Shown piece by piece: positions 27,307 to 36,554 of a stretch of 64,000 bases of DNA. A program made the translations under genes and the position numbers. The notes under the pieces were generated by a model. It searched no databases. It saw only the letters and a list, made by a program, of their open reading frames with translations, and had not been told where the DNA came from. The stretch is from positions 1,252 through 65,251 of the forward strand of contig DASUAO010000014.1 of the NCBI GenBank assembly GCA_035763745.1, read 5' to 3'. Origin of the DNA: Acidimicrobiia bacterium. Lineage in GTDB: Bacteria > Actinomycetota > Acidimicrobiia > IMCC26256 > PALSA-555. Numbering within the stretch: position 1 is the stretch's first letter; the number at the start of each line of letters is the position of its first letter.

Positions 27307-28236
27307 GTGACCGAGTCGAGCCCACCGAGTGACGGGCGGATCGTCGTCCTCGCCGGTCCGGGCGTGCTCGACTCGACCGACGGTCATCGCATCCGTGGGC
27401 TGCGCACCTTCGCCGCGGCCGGCGACCTCGGGGTCGCCAACACCTGGGGCGCCAAGGGCGTCTTCGACTGGGACAGCCCGCACCACCTCGGGACGTGCGG
27501 GCTCCAGGCCCGCGACTTCGAGCTCCTCGGGTGGGCCGACGCCGACGTGATCGTCGCCACGGGAGTCGACGACGCGGAGTCGCCGCGCGAGCGATTCGCC
27601 CTGGCGCCGGTGCTCGACGTCGCGCCCGATGAGCTCGGCGCTCGTGCCGGCACCCTGCGATCGACCGGCCCACCGCTGGTCAACGACCTCTACCCACGAC
27701 TCGCCGCGATCGCCCAGCCGGGGTTCCTCGACGACCGCGTGCCCCTGCACCCCGCGCGCGCCGTCGCGGATCTCGGCGCCGCGCTGCCCGCCGGGGGCCT
27801 CCTGACCGCCGATCCGGGCGTCGCGGGCCTGTGGGTCGCACGCACGTTCCCGACCCCCGCGGTCGCACCGGGCGGGTCACGACGGGTCGTCGTACCGGCA
27901 GGGATCGACGCCGGCACCGCCGCGCGGGCCGCGGCGGACGCGTCTCGTGCCGGACGTCCCACCATCATCGTCACGACCGATCCGGTCGATCCCCCGACGG
28001 GCGCCGTCTTCGACGGCCTCTCCGCCGCGGGAGTCCCGGTCGTCCTCGTGGTGTGGGGCGAGCACGGGAGGCTCGACCGCGTGGGCCGGCACCGGGAACG
28101 ACTGGACGCCGCCCTGGCCGCGGCCGAAGCATCGGTCGTCGAGGTCCCCGTCGACTTCTCGTGCACCGGACTCCTCGTCGACGCGGCGGGCCCTGTCGTC
28201 GCCTGGCCCGGCCTCGCGGACGAGCGGCTCCGGTGA
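27307..28236 (+). CDS. thiamine-diphosphate-enzyme-like protein lacking the N-terminal Pyr domain
   Basis: 309-aa track ORF (GTG start). Resembles the central and C-terminal thirds of acetolactate-synthase-type enzymes (GAKGVFDWDSPHHLGTCG, ADVIVATG, LHPARAVADLGAALP, LTADPGVAGLWVAR). I cannot find a GDG-x24-NN Mg/ThDP motif. Confidence 0.4.
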   Translation: MTESSPPSDGRIVVLAGPGVLDSTDGHRIRGLRTFAAAGDLGVANTWGAKGVFDWDSPHHLGTCGLQARDFELLGWADADVIVATGVDDAESPRERFALAPVLDVAPDELGARAGTLRSTGPPLVNDLYPRLAAIAQPGFLDDRVPLHPARAVADLGAALPAGGLLTADPGVAGLWVARTFPTPAVAPGGSRRVVVPAGIDAGTAARAAADASRAGRPTIIVTTDPVDPPTGAVFDGLSAAGVPVVLVVWGEHGRLDRVGRHRERLDAALAAAEASVVEVPVDFSCTGLLVDAAGPVVAWPGLADERLR

Positions 28237-28312
28237 GCGCGCCGGGCAGGACCCGTACGATCGCCCTCGTAGCAGGAGCGGTGCACGCAGGACCGGGACA
28301 GGAGGGGCCGCG

Positions 28313-29140
28313 GTGAGCGAGCACGGGAACACCGATCAGCACGCGACCACGCGGACCGCGTACGTCACCGGCGCGTCGTCGGGGATCGGCGCTGTGACCG
28401 CGATCGCACTCGGCCGACTCGGATGGCGGGTCGCGGTGGGCGCGCGTCGCGTCGACCGGCTCGAGGAGACGGCGGCCGCCGTGCGCGACGCGGGCGGGAA
28501 CGCCGTCGCGATCGCGCTCGACGTCACCGACGAGGACTCGATCGAGCAGTTCTTCGAGTCGGCCGAAGCCGAGCTCGGCCCGGTCGACGTGCTGGTGAAC
28601 AACGCCGGGATGGCGACCCCCGGATGGTTCCACGACGCCGATGCCGGCGACGTCCACCGCGAGGTCGCGACCAACCTCCTCGGCCCGATGCTCACGAGCC
28701 GGCTCGCGATCGCGTCGCTCCGGGAGCGCGGCGCGCGTGGCGATCTCGTGTTCGTGACGTCGGACGCGACGCGCAACCCGCGCCCACGCATGTCCGTCTA
28801 CACCGCGACGAAGGCAGGGCTCGAAGCCTTCACCCATTCGCTCGCGATGGAGTGCGAGGGAACCGGCATCCGGTCGACGGTGGTGCGTGTCGGCCCGACG
28901 CTGAGCGAGTTCGGGTTCGACTGGGACATGGAGCACATCGAGGAGCTGCTCACGTACTGGAACCGGTACGGGCTGCAGCGTCATGGCGGCGTCCTCGACC
29001 CCGAGGCGATCGCGCGCGCCGTCGTCACCGTCGTGACGGCGCCACCAGGCGTGATGATCGACACGATCGAGGTCCAACCCGAGGCGCCCGTCGACGAACC
29101 CGGACCGGCGCAGCCGATCGAGCGTCCTGCCCGACCCTGA
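28313..29140 (+). CDS. SDR family oxidoreductase
   Basis: In-frame GTG of track ORF 27947..29140, with GGAGGGG 6 nt upstream. AYVTGASSGIGAVTA, LVNNAGM and YTATKAGLEAF. Confidence 0.85.
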   Translation: MSEHGNTDQHATTRTAYVTGASSGIGAVTAIALGRLGWRVAVGARRVDRLEETAAAVRDAGGNAVAIALDVTDEDSIEQFFESAEAELGPVDVLVNNAGMATPGWFHDADAGDVHREVATNLLGPMLTSRLAIASLRERGARGDLVFVTSDATRNPRPRMSVYTATKAGLEAFTHSLAMECEGTGIRSTVVRVGPTLSEFGFDWDMEHIEELLTYWNRYGLQRHGGVLDPEAIARAVVTVVTAPPGVMIDTIEVQPEAPVDEPGPAQPIERPARP

Positions 29141-29177
29141 TTCGGGACGCCCCAGAGGGCGCCGGTACCGTGAGCGG

Positions 29178-29576
29178 ATGATCACCCTGCAGCTCCGAGC
29201 GTCGGCCGCCGCCTGTCTCGTGGTGTTCGCCGTGGCGGTGTCCGCGTGCGGGGGCGTCGAGGAGGGGAAGATCGCCGGACGCGCCGGCGGGGAGCCCACT
29301 CCCGATGCCCGAGTGATCGAGGTCGAGGCACGCAACTTCGCGTTCGACCCCGACACGCTCCGCGCCGAGGTCGGCGAGGAGCTGGCGATCTCCCTGTACT
29401 CCGTCGACAGCCCGCACGACTTCGCCATCGACGGCCTCGGTCGCGTGGTCGCCGTCGCGGGCGACGAGACGAGGGCCGAGCGCATGCGCATCGACGAGGC
29501 CGGGAAGTACGACTTCTACTGCACCATCCCGGGTCACCGCGCCGCCGGCATGGAAGGCACGATCACCGTCCGCTGA
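29178..29576 (+). CDS. cupredoxin-domain lipoprotein (blue-copper type)
   Basis: 132-aa track ORF. Lipobox VAVSAC. C-terminal FYCTIPGHRAAGMEGTITV supplies the Cys/His/Met copper ligands, and SPHDF supplies an upstream His. Confidence 0.75.
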   Translation: MITLQLRASAAACLVVFAVAVSACGGVEEGKIAGRAGGEPTPDARVIEVEARNFAFDPDTLRAEVGEELAISLYSVDSPHDFAIDGLGRVVAVAGDETRAERMRIDEAGKYDFYCTIPGHRAAGMEGTITVR

Positions 29577-29654
29577 CGCCGGCGCTCCCGCGCCGGGCCA
29601 TCGAGCCACGGCATCGCACTTGACGTCCGGCTCCGTACCGCTGATCCTCTCGCG

Positions 29655-30800
29655 ATGACGGAGAACCCGACGCTCGGCCCCGAGTACGTGGTCGACGCCG
29701 ATGGCCACGTGTGCGAACCAGCCGACCTCTGGGAGCGGGGTCTTCCGCCCCGCCTCCGGGACCAGGGCATCCGGCTCCGCTGGAACGAGCGCACCGGCTT
29801 CGACGAGTGCTTCCTCGAGGACCGCATCGTCACCGACCGCGGGCTCGTCGGGCTGGGCAACGCGGGCGAGACGTTCGAGGACTTCGGTCGGGGTCGTCAC
29901 TACGAGGACCTCAACCCGGCCGGGTTCGACGCGACCGAGCGCGTGAAGGTCCTCGACTCCGAAGGCATCGACCTGTCGGTGATGTATCCGGGGATGGGCC
30001 TGAAGCTCGGCGGGATCGTCGACCCCGAGCTCGCGGTGCACTCGTGCGCGGTGTTCAACGACTGGATGGCCGAGTGGTGCTCGGCGGCGCCGGACCGGCT
30101 GAAGGGCGTGGGCGCGCTCCCCATGCAGGACCCCGAGGAGGCCGCACGCGAGGTGCACCGGATCCGAGCACGGGGGCTGGTCGCCGGGTTCTGCCGCCCG
30201 AACGCGTACGGCGACAAGCCCTTCCATCACCCGGCGTACGAGCCCGTCTGGGACGCGCTCGAGGAGACCGGGCTCGCGCTCGGGCTCCACATCGCCGGCC
30301 TCCCCGACATGCCCGGTGCCTCGAAGCTGATGATGCACCTCATGGCTCCGGGGACACACCACGCGCTCATCCCCGTGATCGACCAGATGATGACCCTGTC
30401 GAACCTCGTCTACGGCGGGGTGCTCGAACGCCATCCGGGTCTGAAGGTCGCGGTGCTCGAGAGCGGCGGCGGCTGGATCGGCCACTGGATGGACCGCCTC
30501 AACGAGTTCGAGGAGAGCTACTCGTGGGCCGCGGCCCCGATGACCATGAACGCCGAGCAGTACTTCAAGCGCCAGTGCTGGATCAGCTTCGACCCCGGTG
30601 AGCGCACCGCCGCGGCGCTCGGCCCCATCGCCGGCGCCGACCGGTTCATCTGGGCGTCGGACTTCCCCCACAACGACGCGCAGTACCCCGGCGTGGTCGA
30701 CGAGCTGCGCGAGCACGCGACCGGGCTCTCCGACGCGGACCGGCGCGGGCTGTTCGGCTTGAACGCGCTGGCGATGTACGGCCTGGACGCACCCGAGTGA
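29655..30800 (+). CDS. amidohydrolase-2 (ACMSD-like) family metal hydrolase
   Basis: 381-aa track ORF. VVDADGHVCEP, later WASDFPHNDAQYP. Confidence 0.8.
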   Translation: MTENPTLGPEYVVDADGHVCEPADLWERGLPPRLRDQGIRLRWNERTGFDECFLEDRIVTDRGLVGLGNAGETFEDFGRGRHYEDLNPAGFDATERVKVLDSEGIDLSVMYPGMGLKLGGIVDPELAVHSCAVFNDWMAEWCSAAPDRLKGVGALPMQDPEEAAREVHRIRARGLVAGFCRPNAYGDKPFHHPAYEPVWDALEETGLALGLHIAGLPDMPGASKLMMHLMAPGTHHALIPVIDQMMTLSNLVYGGVLERHPGLKVAVLESGGGWIGHWMDRLNEFEESYSWAAAPMTMNAEQYFKRQCWISFDPGERTAAALGPIAGADRFIWASDFPHNDAQYPGVVDELREHATGLSDADRRGLFGLNALAMYGLDAPE

Positions 30801-32482
30801 GCGACCTCGAGCTCGTCGTCCGTGGCGGGACGGTGGTGGACGGGACCGGCGCGCCCGCCCGCCGGGCCGACGTCGGCGTGCACGACGGCCGCGTCGTCGT
30901 CGTGGGCGAGGTCGATGAAGCTGCCGACCGCGTGATCGACGCCGAGGGGATGCTCGTCACGCCCGGGTTCGTGGACATCCACACGCACTACGACGCCCAG
31001 CTCGCGTGGGACCCGACCGCGTCGCCGGCGTCGTGGCACGGTGTCACGACCCTGCTCACCGGCAACTGCGGGTTCACCCTCGCGCCGTCGAAGCCCGACG
31101 ACCTCCCCTGGCTCCTCCAGATGCTCTCGCGGGTCGAGGGCATGTCGGCCGACGCGCTCGCCCAGGGCGTTCGGTTCACGGGCGGGACGATCGGGGACTT
31201 CCTCGTCGGCCTCGACGGCAACGTCGGCGTCAACGTCGGTGTGAACGTCGGCCACTGTGCCGTGCGCCGGTTCGTGATGGGCGACGATGCGTCCGAGCGG
31301 GTGGCCACCGACGCGGAGATCGCGGAGATGGCCCAGCTCGTCCGGGACGCGATGACGGACGGCGCCGTAGGGTTCACATCGTCGCAGCTCGATCTGCACG
31401 TCGCGCACGACGGTCGGGGTGTGCCGTCGAACCATGCCGCGCCGGAGGAGCTGATCGCGCTCGCGTCGGTGCTCGCGGAGTTCGGGCGCGGATCGATCGA
31501 GTTCATCCCGCGCACCTTCCTCGAGGGCTACTCCGACGAGGACCGCGCGCTGATCCGCGCCATGGCGACGGCGTCGGGGCGTCCCGTCCACCTCAACACG
31601 CTGACGATGATGCCTCACGCGCCGGACGGCTGGACTCGCAGTCTCGAGTTCGTGGAGACGGCCGCAGCCGAGGGGCTCGAGCTGCACCCGATGTTCGCGA
31701 GCAACCGCCAGGGTGCGCACTTCACCCTGGGCGCGACCTTCCTCTTCGATGAGATGCCGAGCTTCCGGGACACGCTCACCCTCCCGTCCCCCGCGCGCGA
31801 AGCCCGCCTGCGGGATCCCGCGGTCCGCGAGCAGATGCGTGCCGAGATCGCGGACCCGACCGGTCGGTCGTTCGTGTTCGTGTGGCAGGTGCTCCGGATC
31901 GAGACGGTGAAGCACGAGCGCAACCGCCAGTGGCTCGACAAGAGCGTCAGCGAGCTCGCCGAGGCGACCGGTGCCGACCCGCTCGACGCGTTCCTCGATC
32001 TGTCGCTCGACGAGGATCTCGAGACGCAGTTCGTGCTCGCGGCGCCCCCCGACCGCCGGCGCCTGGAGGCGACCGCGCGGATGATCGCCTCGACGTCCGT
32101 GATGGCCGGCAGCTCCGACGGCGGCGCGCATCTGCTGTCGTTCTGCGGTGCCGACTACCCCACGCGCCTGCTCACCGAGTGGGTTCCGGACACGCTCTCG
32201 CTGGAGGCAGCCGTCGCGCGCCTCACGTCGATCCCCGCGGCCGCGTATGGCGTGGAGGGACGCGGCGTGCTCGCAGAAGGCGCCGCGGCCGACATCCTGG
32301 TGATCGACCGGGAGGCGCTGTCGACCCCGGACGCGCCGCGGTACGTGCGCGACTTTCCCGCGGGCTCGGGACGCTTCGTCGTCGACGCCGAGGGATACCG
32401 GGCCGTGGTCGTGAACGGCGAGACGCTCCACGACGACGGGACGTGGACCGGCGCCACCCCGGGCCAGGTCCTGCGCGGCTGA
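30797..32482 (+). CDS. N-acyl-D-amino-acid deacylase (D-aminoacylase) family amidohydrolase
   Basis: 561-aa track ORF; the GTG overlaps the previous stop (GTGA). LVVRGGTVVDGTG...GMLVTPGFVDIHTHYD...TLLTGNCGF...AGSSDGGAHL. Confidence 0.85.
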   Translation: MSDLELVVRGGTVVDGTGAPARRADVGVHDGRVVVVGEVDEAADRVIDAEGMLVTPGFVDIHTHYDAQLAWDPTASPASWHGVTTLLTGNCGFTLAPSKPDDLPWLLQMLSRVEGMSADALAQGVRFTGGTIGDFLVGLDGNVGVNVGVNVGHCAVRRFVMGDDASERVATDAEIAEMAQLVRDAMTDGAVGFTSSQLDLHVAHDGRGVPSNHAAPEELIALASVLAEFGRGSIEFIPRTFLEGYSDEDRALIRAMATASGRPVHLNTLTMMPHAPDGWTRSLEFVETAAAEGLELHPMFASNRQGAHFTLGATFLFDEMPSFRDTLTLPSPAREARLRDPAVREQMRAEIADPTGRSFVFVWQVLRIETVKHERNRQWLDKSVSELAEATGADPLDAFLDLSLDEDLETQFVLAAPPDRRRLEATARMIASTSVMAGSSDGGAHLLSFCGADYPTRLLTEWVPDTLSLEAAVARLTSIPAAAYGVEGRGVLAEGAAADILVIDREALSTPDAPRYVRDFPAGSGRFVVDAEGYRAVVVNGETLHDDGTWTGATPGQVLRG

Positions 32483-32522
32483 CGCGTCGGACGGCGTCGC
32501 CGCGGCGTCAGTCCGACGCGTC
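32481..32522. terminator. perfect 12-bp stem hairpin shared by convergent genes
   Basis: GACGCGTCGGAC-18 nt-GTCCGACGCGTC. The stem arms include the TGA at 32480-82 (+) and abut the TCA at 32508-10 (-). Confidence 0.5.
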
Positions 32523-32933
32523 CTCCGGCACGGTGATCCCGAAGAACGCGGACGCCGCCGCGACCGCGGTGCCGAGAAACGTGGCGGCGAGGCTCCGGAG
32601 CAGCGGCGTGGACGAGCCGAGCCGCACGAGGCACACGAGCATCGCGATCGCCCCGAACGCCGCGTACACGACCGAGTACGTCGCGGCGAACCGCTTGGGC
32701 GGCCCCGGGTTCGTGGCCGCGCTCCCGAGCGCAAGGGCGAACACGCCGCCCACGACGCCCGTGAGCGAGACGGCGAACAGGTCGTAGGAGTCCCCGCTCC
32801 CACCGGCGCCCACGCCGAGCGTCGCGGCGACCTCGCGACCGGCCACGACGACGAACCCCCCGAGCAGGCCGATCAGCGACACCTTCAGTGCCAGGGTGGG
32901 ACCGGGCGCGCCTCGTCGGGTGGTCGTGGTCAT
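32508..32933 (-). CDS. hypothetical membrane protein
   Basis: 141-aa track ORF with 4 hydrophobic Gly/Ala-rich segments and high GC3. I recognise no family. Confidence 0.55.
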   Translation of the reverse strand: MTTTTRRGAPGPTLALKVSLIGLLGGFVVVAGREVAATLGVGAGGSGDSYDLFAVSLTGVVGGVFALALGSAATNPGPPKRFAATYSVVYAAFGAIAMLVCLVRLGSSTPLLRSLAATFLGTAVAAASAFFGITVPEDASD

Positions 32934-33047
32934 GGTGCTCCTCCTGCGGGACCGGTGCTCACGGGCCCGGGCGGACTCGTGTGGCCGTGGGTCGGGCGAT
33001 CGGATGGCGACGCAGCCCGGCGGCGAGCGTGACGGCCCGGCGGTACC

Positions 33048-33063
33048 CTGGCGGAAGTGTCAG
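33048..33063. promoter_or_regulatory. near-palindrome CTGGCGgaagTGTCAG (one mismatch to CTGACR-N4-YGTCAG)
   Basis: 23 nt upstream of the amidohydrolase ATG at 33086. Confidence 0.35.
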
Positions 33064-33085
33064 GAACCCGCGCGGAGGTGCACCG

Positions 33086-34366
33086 ATGGACCTGAACGAC
33101 ATGATCATCGTGAGCGTCGACGACCACGTCGTAGAGCCTCCCGACCTGTTCGACGGCCGGCTGGCGAAGAAGTACGCCGACGTCGCGCCCTACATCGTCC
33201 ACAAGGACGACGGCACGGACGTCTGGAACTTCCTCGGTCGCGAGTTCCCCAACGTCGGCCTGAACGCCGTGGCCGGGCGCCCGAAGGAGGAGTACGGGAT
33301 CGACCCGACCTCGTTCGACGAGATCCGCGCTGGCTGCTTCGACGTCGAGAAGCGCGTCCTCGACATGAGCGCCAACGGGGTGCTCGGCTCCCTCAACTTC
33401 CCGTCCCTCCCCGGGTTCGCGGGACGCGTGTTCGGCGAGCTCGACGACAAGGCGGCCGGACGGGCCCTCACCGAGGCCTACAACGACTGGCACATCGACG
33501 AGTGGTGCGGGTACGCACCCGAGCGGTTCATCCCACTCGCCATCCCGATGATCTGGGACCCCGAGGCCACCGCGGCGGAGATCCGTCGCGTCTCGGCGAA
33601 GGGGTGCCATGCGATCACGTTTCCCGAGAACCCGGTCCCACTCGGTCTCCCGAGCCTCCACTCCGACCACTGGGACCCGGTCTGGCAGGCCGTCTCCGAC
33701 ACCAACACCGTCGTCTGCATGCACATCGGGTCGTCGTCCCAGCTGGTGATCACCGCGCCCGACGCGCCGATGGACGTGATGATCGTCCTCCAGCCGATGG
33801 CCCTCGTGCAGTGCGCGGCCGACCTCGTGCACTCGCCGATCTGGCGCAAGTTCCCCGATGTGAAGATCGCGCTGTCGGAGGGCGGGATCGGCTGGGTCCC
33901 CTACTTCCTCGAGCGGCTCGAGCACTCCTACCAGACGCACAAGGCGTGGACGGGAGCCGACTTCGGCAGCCAGAGCGCCGCTGAGTTCTTCATGGAGCAC
34001 GTGATCCTGTGCTTCATCACGGACCAGGTGGGGCTCGAGCTGGTGCGCGACCACATCGGCGTCGAGCGAGTGACCGTGGAGACCGACTACCCGCACTCCG
34101 ACGCCAACTGGCCGTACGCGCCGGAGACGCTCGCCGCGCAGTTCGCCAAGACCGATCTCACCGACCCCGAGATCGACGCGATCACGCACCTCAACGCGAT
34201 GCGGGAGTTCTCCTACGACCCGTTCTCGGTCCGGCCGCGCGAGCAGTGCACCGTCGGTGCGCTGCGAGCCGAGGCCGTCGGGGTCGACACCGACCCGGTG
34301 GCGAAGGGGCGACGGTTCGAGCACCGGAAGGGCGTGACCGCCACCGACCTGGCCGTCAACGCGTGA
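33086..34366 (+). CDS. amidohydrolase-2 family metal hydrolase
   Basis: M67 of track ORF 32888..34366: MDLNDMIIVSVDDHVVEPPDLF...VLGSLNFPS...VETDYPHSDANWP. Confidence 0.8.
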   Translation: MDLNDMIIVSVDDHVVEPPDLFDGRLAKKYADVAPYIVHKDDGTDVWNFLGREFPNVGLNAVAGRPKEEYGIDPTSFDEIRAGCFDVEKRVLDMSANGVLGSLNFPSLPGFAGRVFGELDDKAAGRALTEAYNDWHIDEWCGYAPERFIPLAIPMIWDPEATAAEIRRVSAKGCHAITFPENPVPLGLPSLHSDHWDPVWQAVSDTNTVVCMHIGSSSQLVITAPDAPMDVMIVLQPMALVQCAADLVHSPIWRKFPDVKIALSEGGIGWVPYFLERLEHSYQTHKAWTGADFGSQSAAEFFMEHVILCFITDQVGLELVRDHIGVERVTVETDYPHSDANWPYAPETLAAQFAKTDLTDPEIDAITHLNAMREFSYDPFSVRPREQCTVGALRAEAVGVDTDPVAKGRRFEHRKGVTATDLAVNA

Positions 34367-34623
34367 CCGAGCCGGCCGACGCCGGCGCTCCCGCCCCGCT
34401 CCCGCCCCGGGAGCCGCGGTCGTTCGTGACCCACGCGGCCGTCGACGCGGTCATCGCGTTCCTGGCGACGGCGATCGTCCTCTACTTCCTCGGCGCGCCG
34501 CTGTGGGTGATGATCCTCGTCGCGTGGGTGCTCGGGATCGCCGCAGCCCCGTTCACGGTCGGATGGGAGGCCCGTCAGCTCGCCGAACGTGAAGCCGACG
34601 CGACGTCGGACCCGGATGCCTGA
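34363..34623 (+). CDS. small two-TM membrane protein
   Basis: In-frame GTG of track ORF 34009..34623, overlapping the upstream stop (GTGA). High GC3. AVIAFLATAIVLYFLGAPLWVMILVAWVLGIAAAPF. Confidence 0.5.
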   Translation: MTEPADAGAPAPLPPREPRSFVTHAAVDAVIAFLATAIVLYFLGAPLWVMILVAWVLGIAAAPFTVGWEARQLAEREADATSDPDA

Positions 34624-34626
34624 CCG

Positions 34627-35865
34627 TCAGCCGACGGGCCCGGGGATCCCGGTCGCCTCGTAGCCCCGGGCGTTCGCAAGGACGTTCGACGCGTACTCGT
34701 TGGAGTGGTTGTACGCGAGGTAGGCCCGGCGGAGCGCGGCGTCGCTCGTCATCTGTCCGGCTGCGGTGCACAGGTAGCGTCCCGCGCCGTACGCGGCGTC
34801 GTACACGTTGTTCGGATCGGAGACACCATCACCGTTCCCGTCGACCTGGTAGCGGCGCCAGGTACCGGGGATGAACTGCATCGGCCCGACGGCACGATCC
34901 CAGACCGAGTCGTCGTCCCATCGTCCGCCGTCGGAGTCGGCGATCGCCGCGACACCGGGCGAGCCGTCGAGCGCGATCCCGACGATGCGCGGCGCGGTGT
35001 TGCCGTTGGCCACGAGCTGCGCGCCGCCGTAGCGGCCGTGGTTCGACTCGATGCGCCCGATCCCCGCCAGCATCCACCAGCGGATCCCGCACGACGGTCG
35101 CTCGAGAGCGAGCGCACCCTCGGCCCGGAGGTACGCGTCGAGCGCGGCGAGCGGGATGCCGAGACCGGCCACGGCTCCACCCGCGACGCTCGCAGCCGCC
35201 TGGACCCGGAGCCGCGCCACGGCCCGCTCGGCGGAAGGACGCTCGTACTGCTCGACGACCTCGAGCCGGGCCTGCACGGTGACACGCACGCCGGCGAGCC
35301 GCGCGGTCTCCGACGTGGCGCGCGAGCGAGCCAGCTCGGCCCGATCCATCGCGTCGCGGAGCGCTCCCGACAGGTCGGAACCGAGCTGACGGACCCGCTG
35401 GGCGTCCATGACGTTGTCCGCCTGGAGCAACGCCTCGGCCTGCCATGCCGTCCCGCCCTTGGAGTAGACGAGCGCACCGAGCCGTCGGAGGTCCGCCTCG
35501 GCCCGGACGAGCTCGGCGGCCGCCTCGCGCTGGACCTCGTCGAGCTGGGCGAGGCGCGCATCGATCGAGACCACCCTCGCCTGCAGGGCCGCGACTTCAG
35601 CCACGAGCGCGCCGAGCGCCGCCTCGGCGTCGGCGAGCGCCTTCACGTCCCGGGCCGCGGTCCCGTACTCGAGGGCCACCCCGACGAGCCGGGGATCGAG
35701 CCCGGGCAGGAGACCGGCACCCTCAGCCGGCGCGACCGAGGGGGTGTCCGCGTGCGCGCCGGCCGCGATGCTGAAGCTGAGGAGCACGACCGCGACGAGG
35801 AGCGTCCCGCCGCGCGCGGCGAGCCGAGCCGCCCGCGGCCGCCGCCCCTGCGGTGTCCGGACCAT
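34627..35865 (-). CDS. secreted lytic murein transglycosylase with N-terminal coiled-coil
   Basis: 412-aa track ORF. Signal/TM LLVAVVLLSFSIAAGAHA, then an Ala/Leu/Arg-rich coiled-coil. C-terminal GIGRIESNHGRYGG...AVGPMQFIPGTWRRY...DGNGDGVSDPNNVYDAAYGAGRYLC is the MltB/SLT_2-type signature. Confidence 0.85.
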   Translation of the reverse strand: MVRTPQGRRPRAARLAARGGTLLVAVVLLSFSIAAGAHADTPSVAPAEGAGLLPGLDPRLVGVALEYGTAARDVKALADAEAALGALVAEVAALQARVVSIDARLAQLDEVQREAAAELVRAEADLRRLGALVYSKGGTAWQAEALLQADNVMDAQRVRQLGSDLSGALRDAMDRAELARSRATSETARLAGVRVTVQARLEVVEQYERPSAERAVARLRVQAAASVAGGAVAGLGIPLAALDAYLRAEGALALERPSCGIRWWMLAGIGRIESNHGRYGGAQLVANGNTAPRIVGIALDGSPGVAAIADSDGGRWDDDSVWDRAVGPMQFIPGTWRRYQVDGNGDGVSDPNNVYDAAYGAGRYLCTAAGQMTSDAALRRAYLAYNHSNEYASNVLANARGYEATGIPGPVG

Positions 35866-36127
35866 GTGCTCCCATCGGCACCGATGGCCCTGCGCTTGAC
35901 CCGTCCTCGGCGAGTGCCCCGGGTTCTAGGCTCCGAAGCGTATGGCGGTGACAGTGGTGCCCGTCCATGGGGCTGGCACGGGGCGTGGTGCCGGGAACGC
36001 GTCCGCCCACTCCTCGGCGAGGCCGGGGCCGAGGCGATCGGCGTCGACTTGTCCGCCACGGCGAGAGCACCGAACCCCGACCTCGCCCGCCAGGACTGAT
36101 CCGCATCCCCGAGCGAGGAGGCACGTC

Positions 36128-36544
36128 ATGAGCGAACCGTCCGAGTCCGAGACCTCGACCCGAGCGCGCTACGAAGCCCAGGCCCAGGCCGCCCTCGAGC
36201 GACTCCGGGGCCAGGTCGACGAGCTGCGGGTGCAGGCCGACCTCGCCCAGGCCGAGGCGCGCGACCGGCTGCACCAGGGGCTGGAGGCCTTGCGAGCCCG
36301 ACAAGCCGAGGCCAAGACCAAGCTCGACGAGGCGCAAGCGGCCGGCACCGATGCCTGGAAGGCACGGGCCGCCCAGGCCGAGGCCATCGTCGACGACCTC
36401 GGCGAGACCTTCTCGAAGCTGGCGACCGACGTCCAGGTCGCGGTCGACGCTGCCGCCACCGCCGCGAGCAAGGCTCGCGCCACGTTCCTGGAGGAGTGGA
36501 ACAAGCTCCGATCGGAGCGTTCGAGTCTGCTCGAAGACGAGTGA
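36128..36544 (+). CDS. hypothetical helical (coiled-coil, apolipoprotein-like) protein
   Basis: M63 of track ORF 35942..36544, with GAGGAGG 7 nt upstream. A/E/Q/R-rich heptad-like sequence. Confidence 0.6.
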   Translation: MSEPSESETSTRARYEAQAQAALERLRGQVDELRVQADLAQAEARDRLHQGLEALRARQAEAKTKLDEAQAAGTDAWKARAAQAEAIVDDLGETFSKLATDVQVAVDAAATAASKARATFLEEWNKLRSERSSLLEDE

Positions 36545-36554
36545 ACCGGGCGCG

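Noticed and set aside
34620-34630. CTGAC-c-GTCAG palindrome that resembles the half-sites of the recurrent operator.
   Set aside because: The spacer is 1 nt instead of 6 between CTGAC and GTCAG. The sequence is fully explained by two convergent stop codons (TGA 34621-23, TCA 34627-29).
35866-36127. 262-bp divergent leader upstream of the lytic transglycosylase: possible ydaO-type cyclic-di-AMP riboswitch, which often precedes wall-hydrolase genes in actinobacteria.
   Set aside because: Reading both strands, I could not find the conserved blocks I remember (ACGGGGAnCCA, GGGGUGAAUC, CCGAAnCCGnCAGCUAACC); only a loose CCGAACCCCGACC on the plus strand. An Rfam cmscan of this region would settle it.
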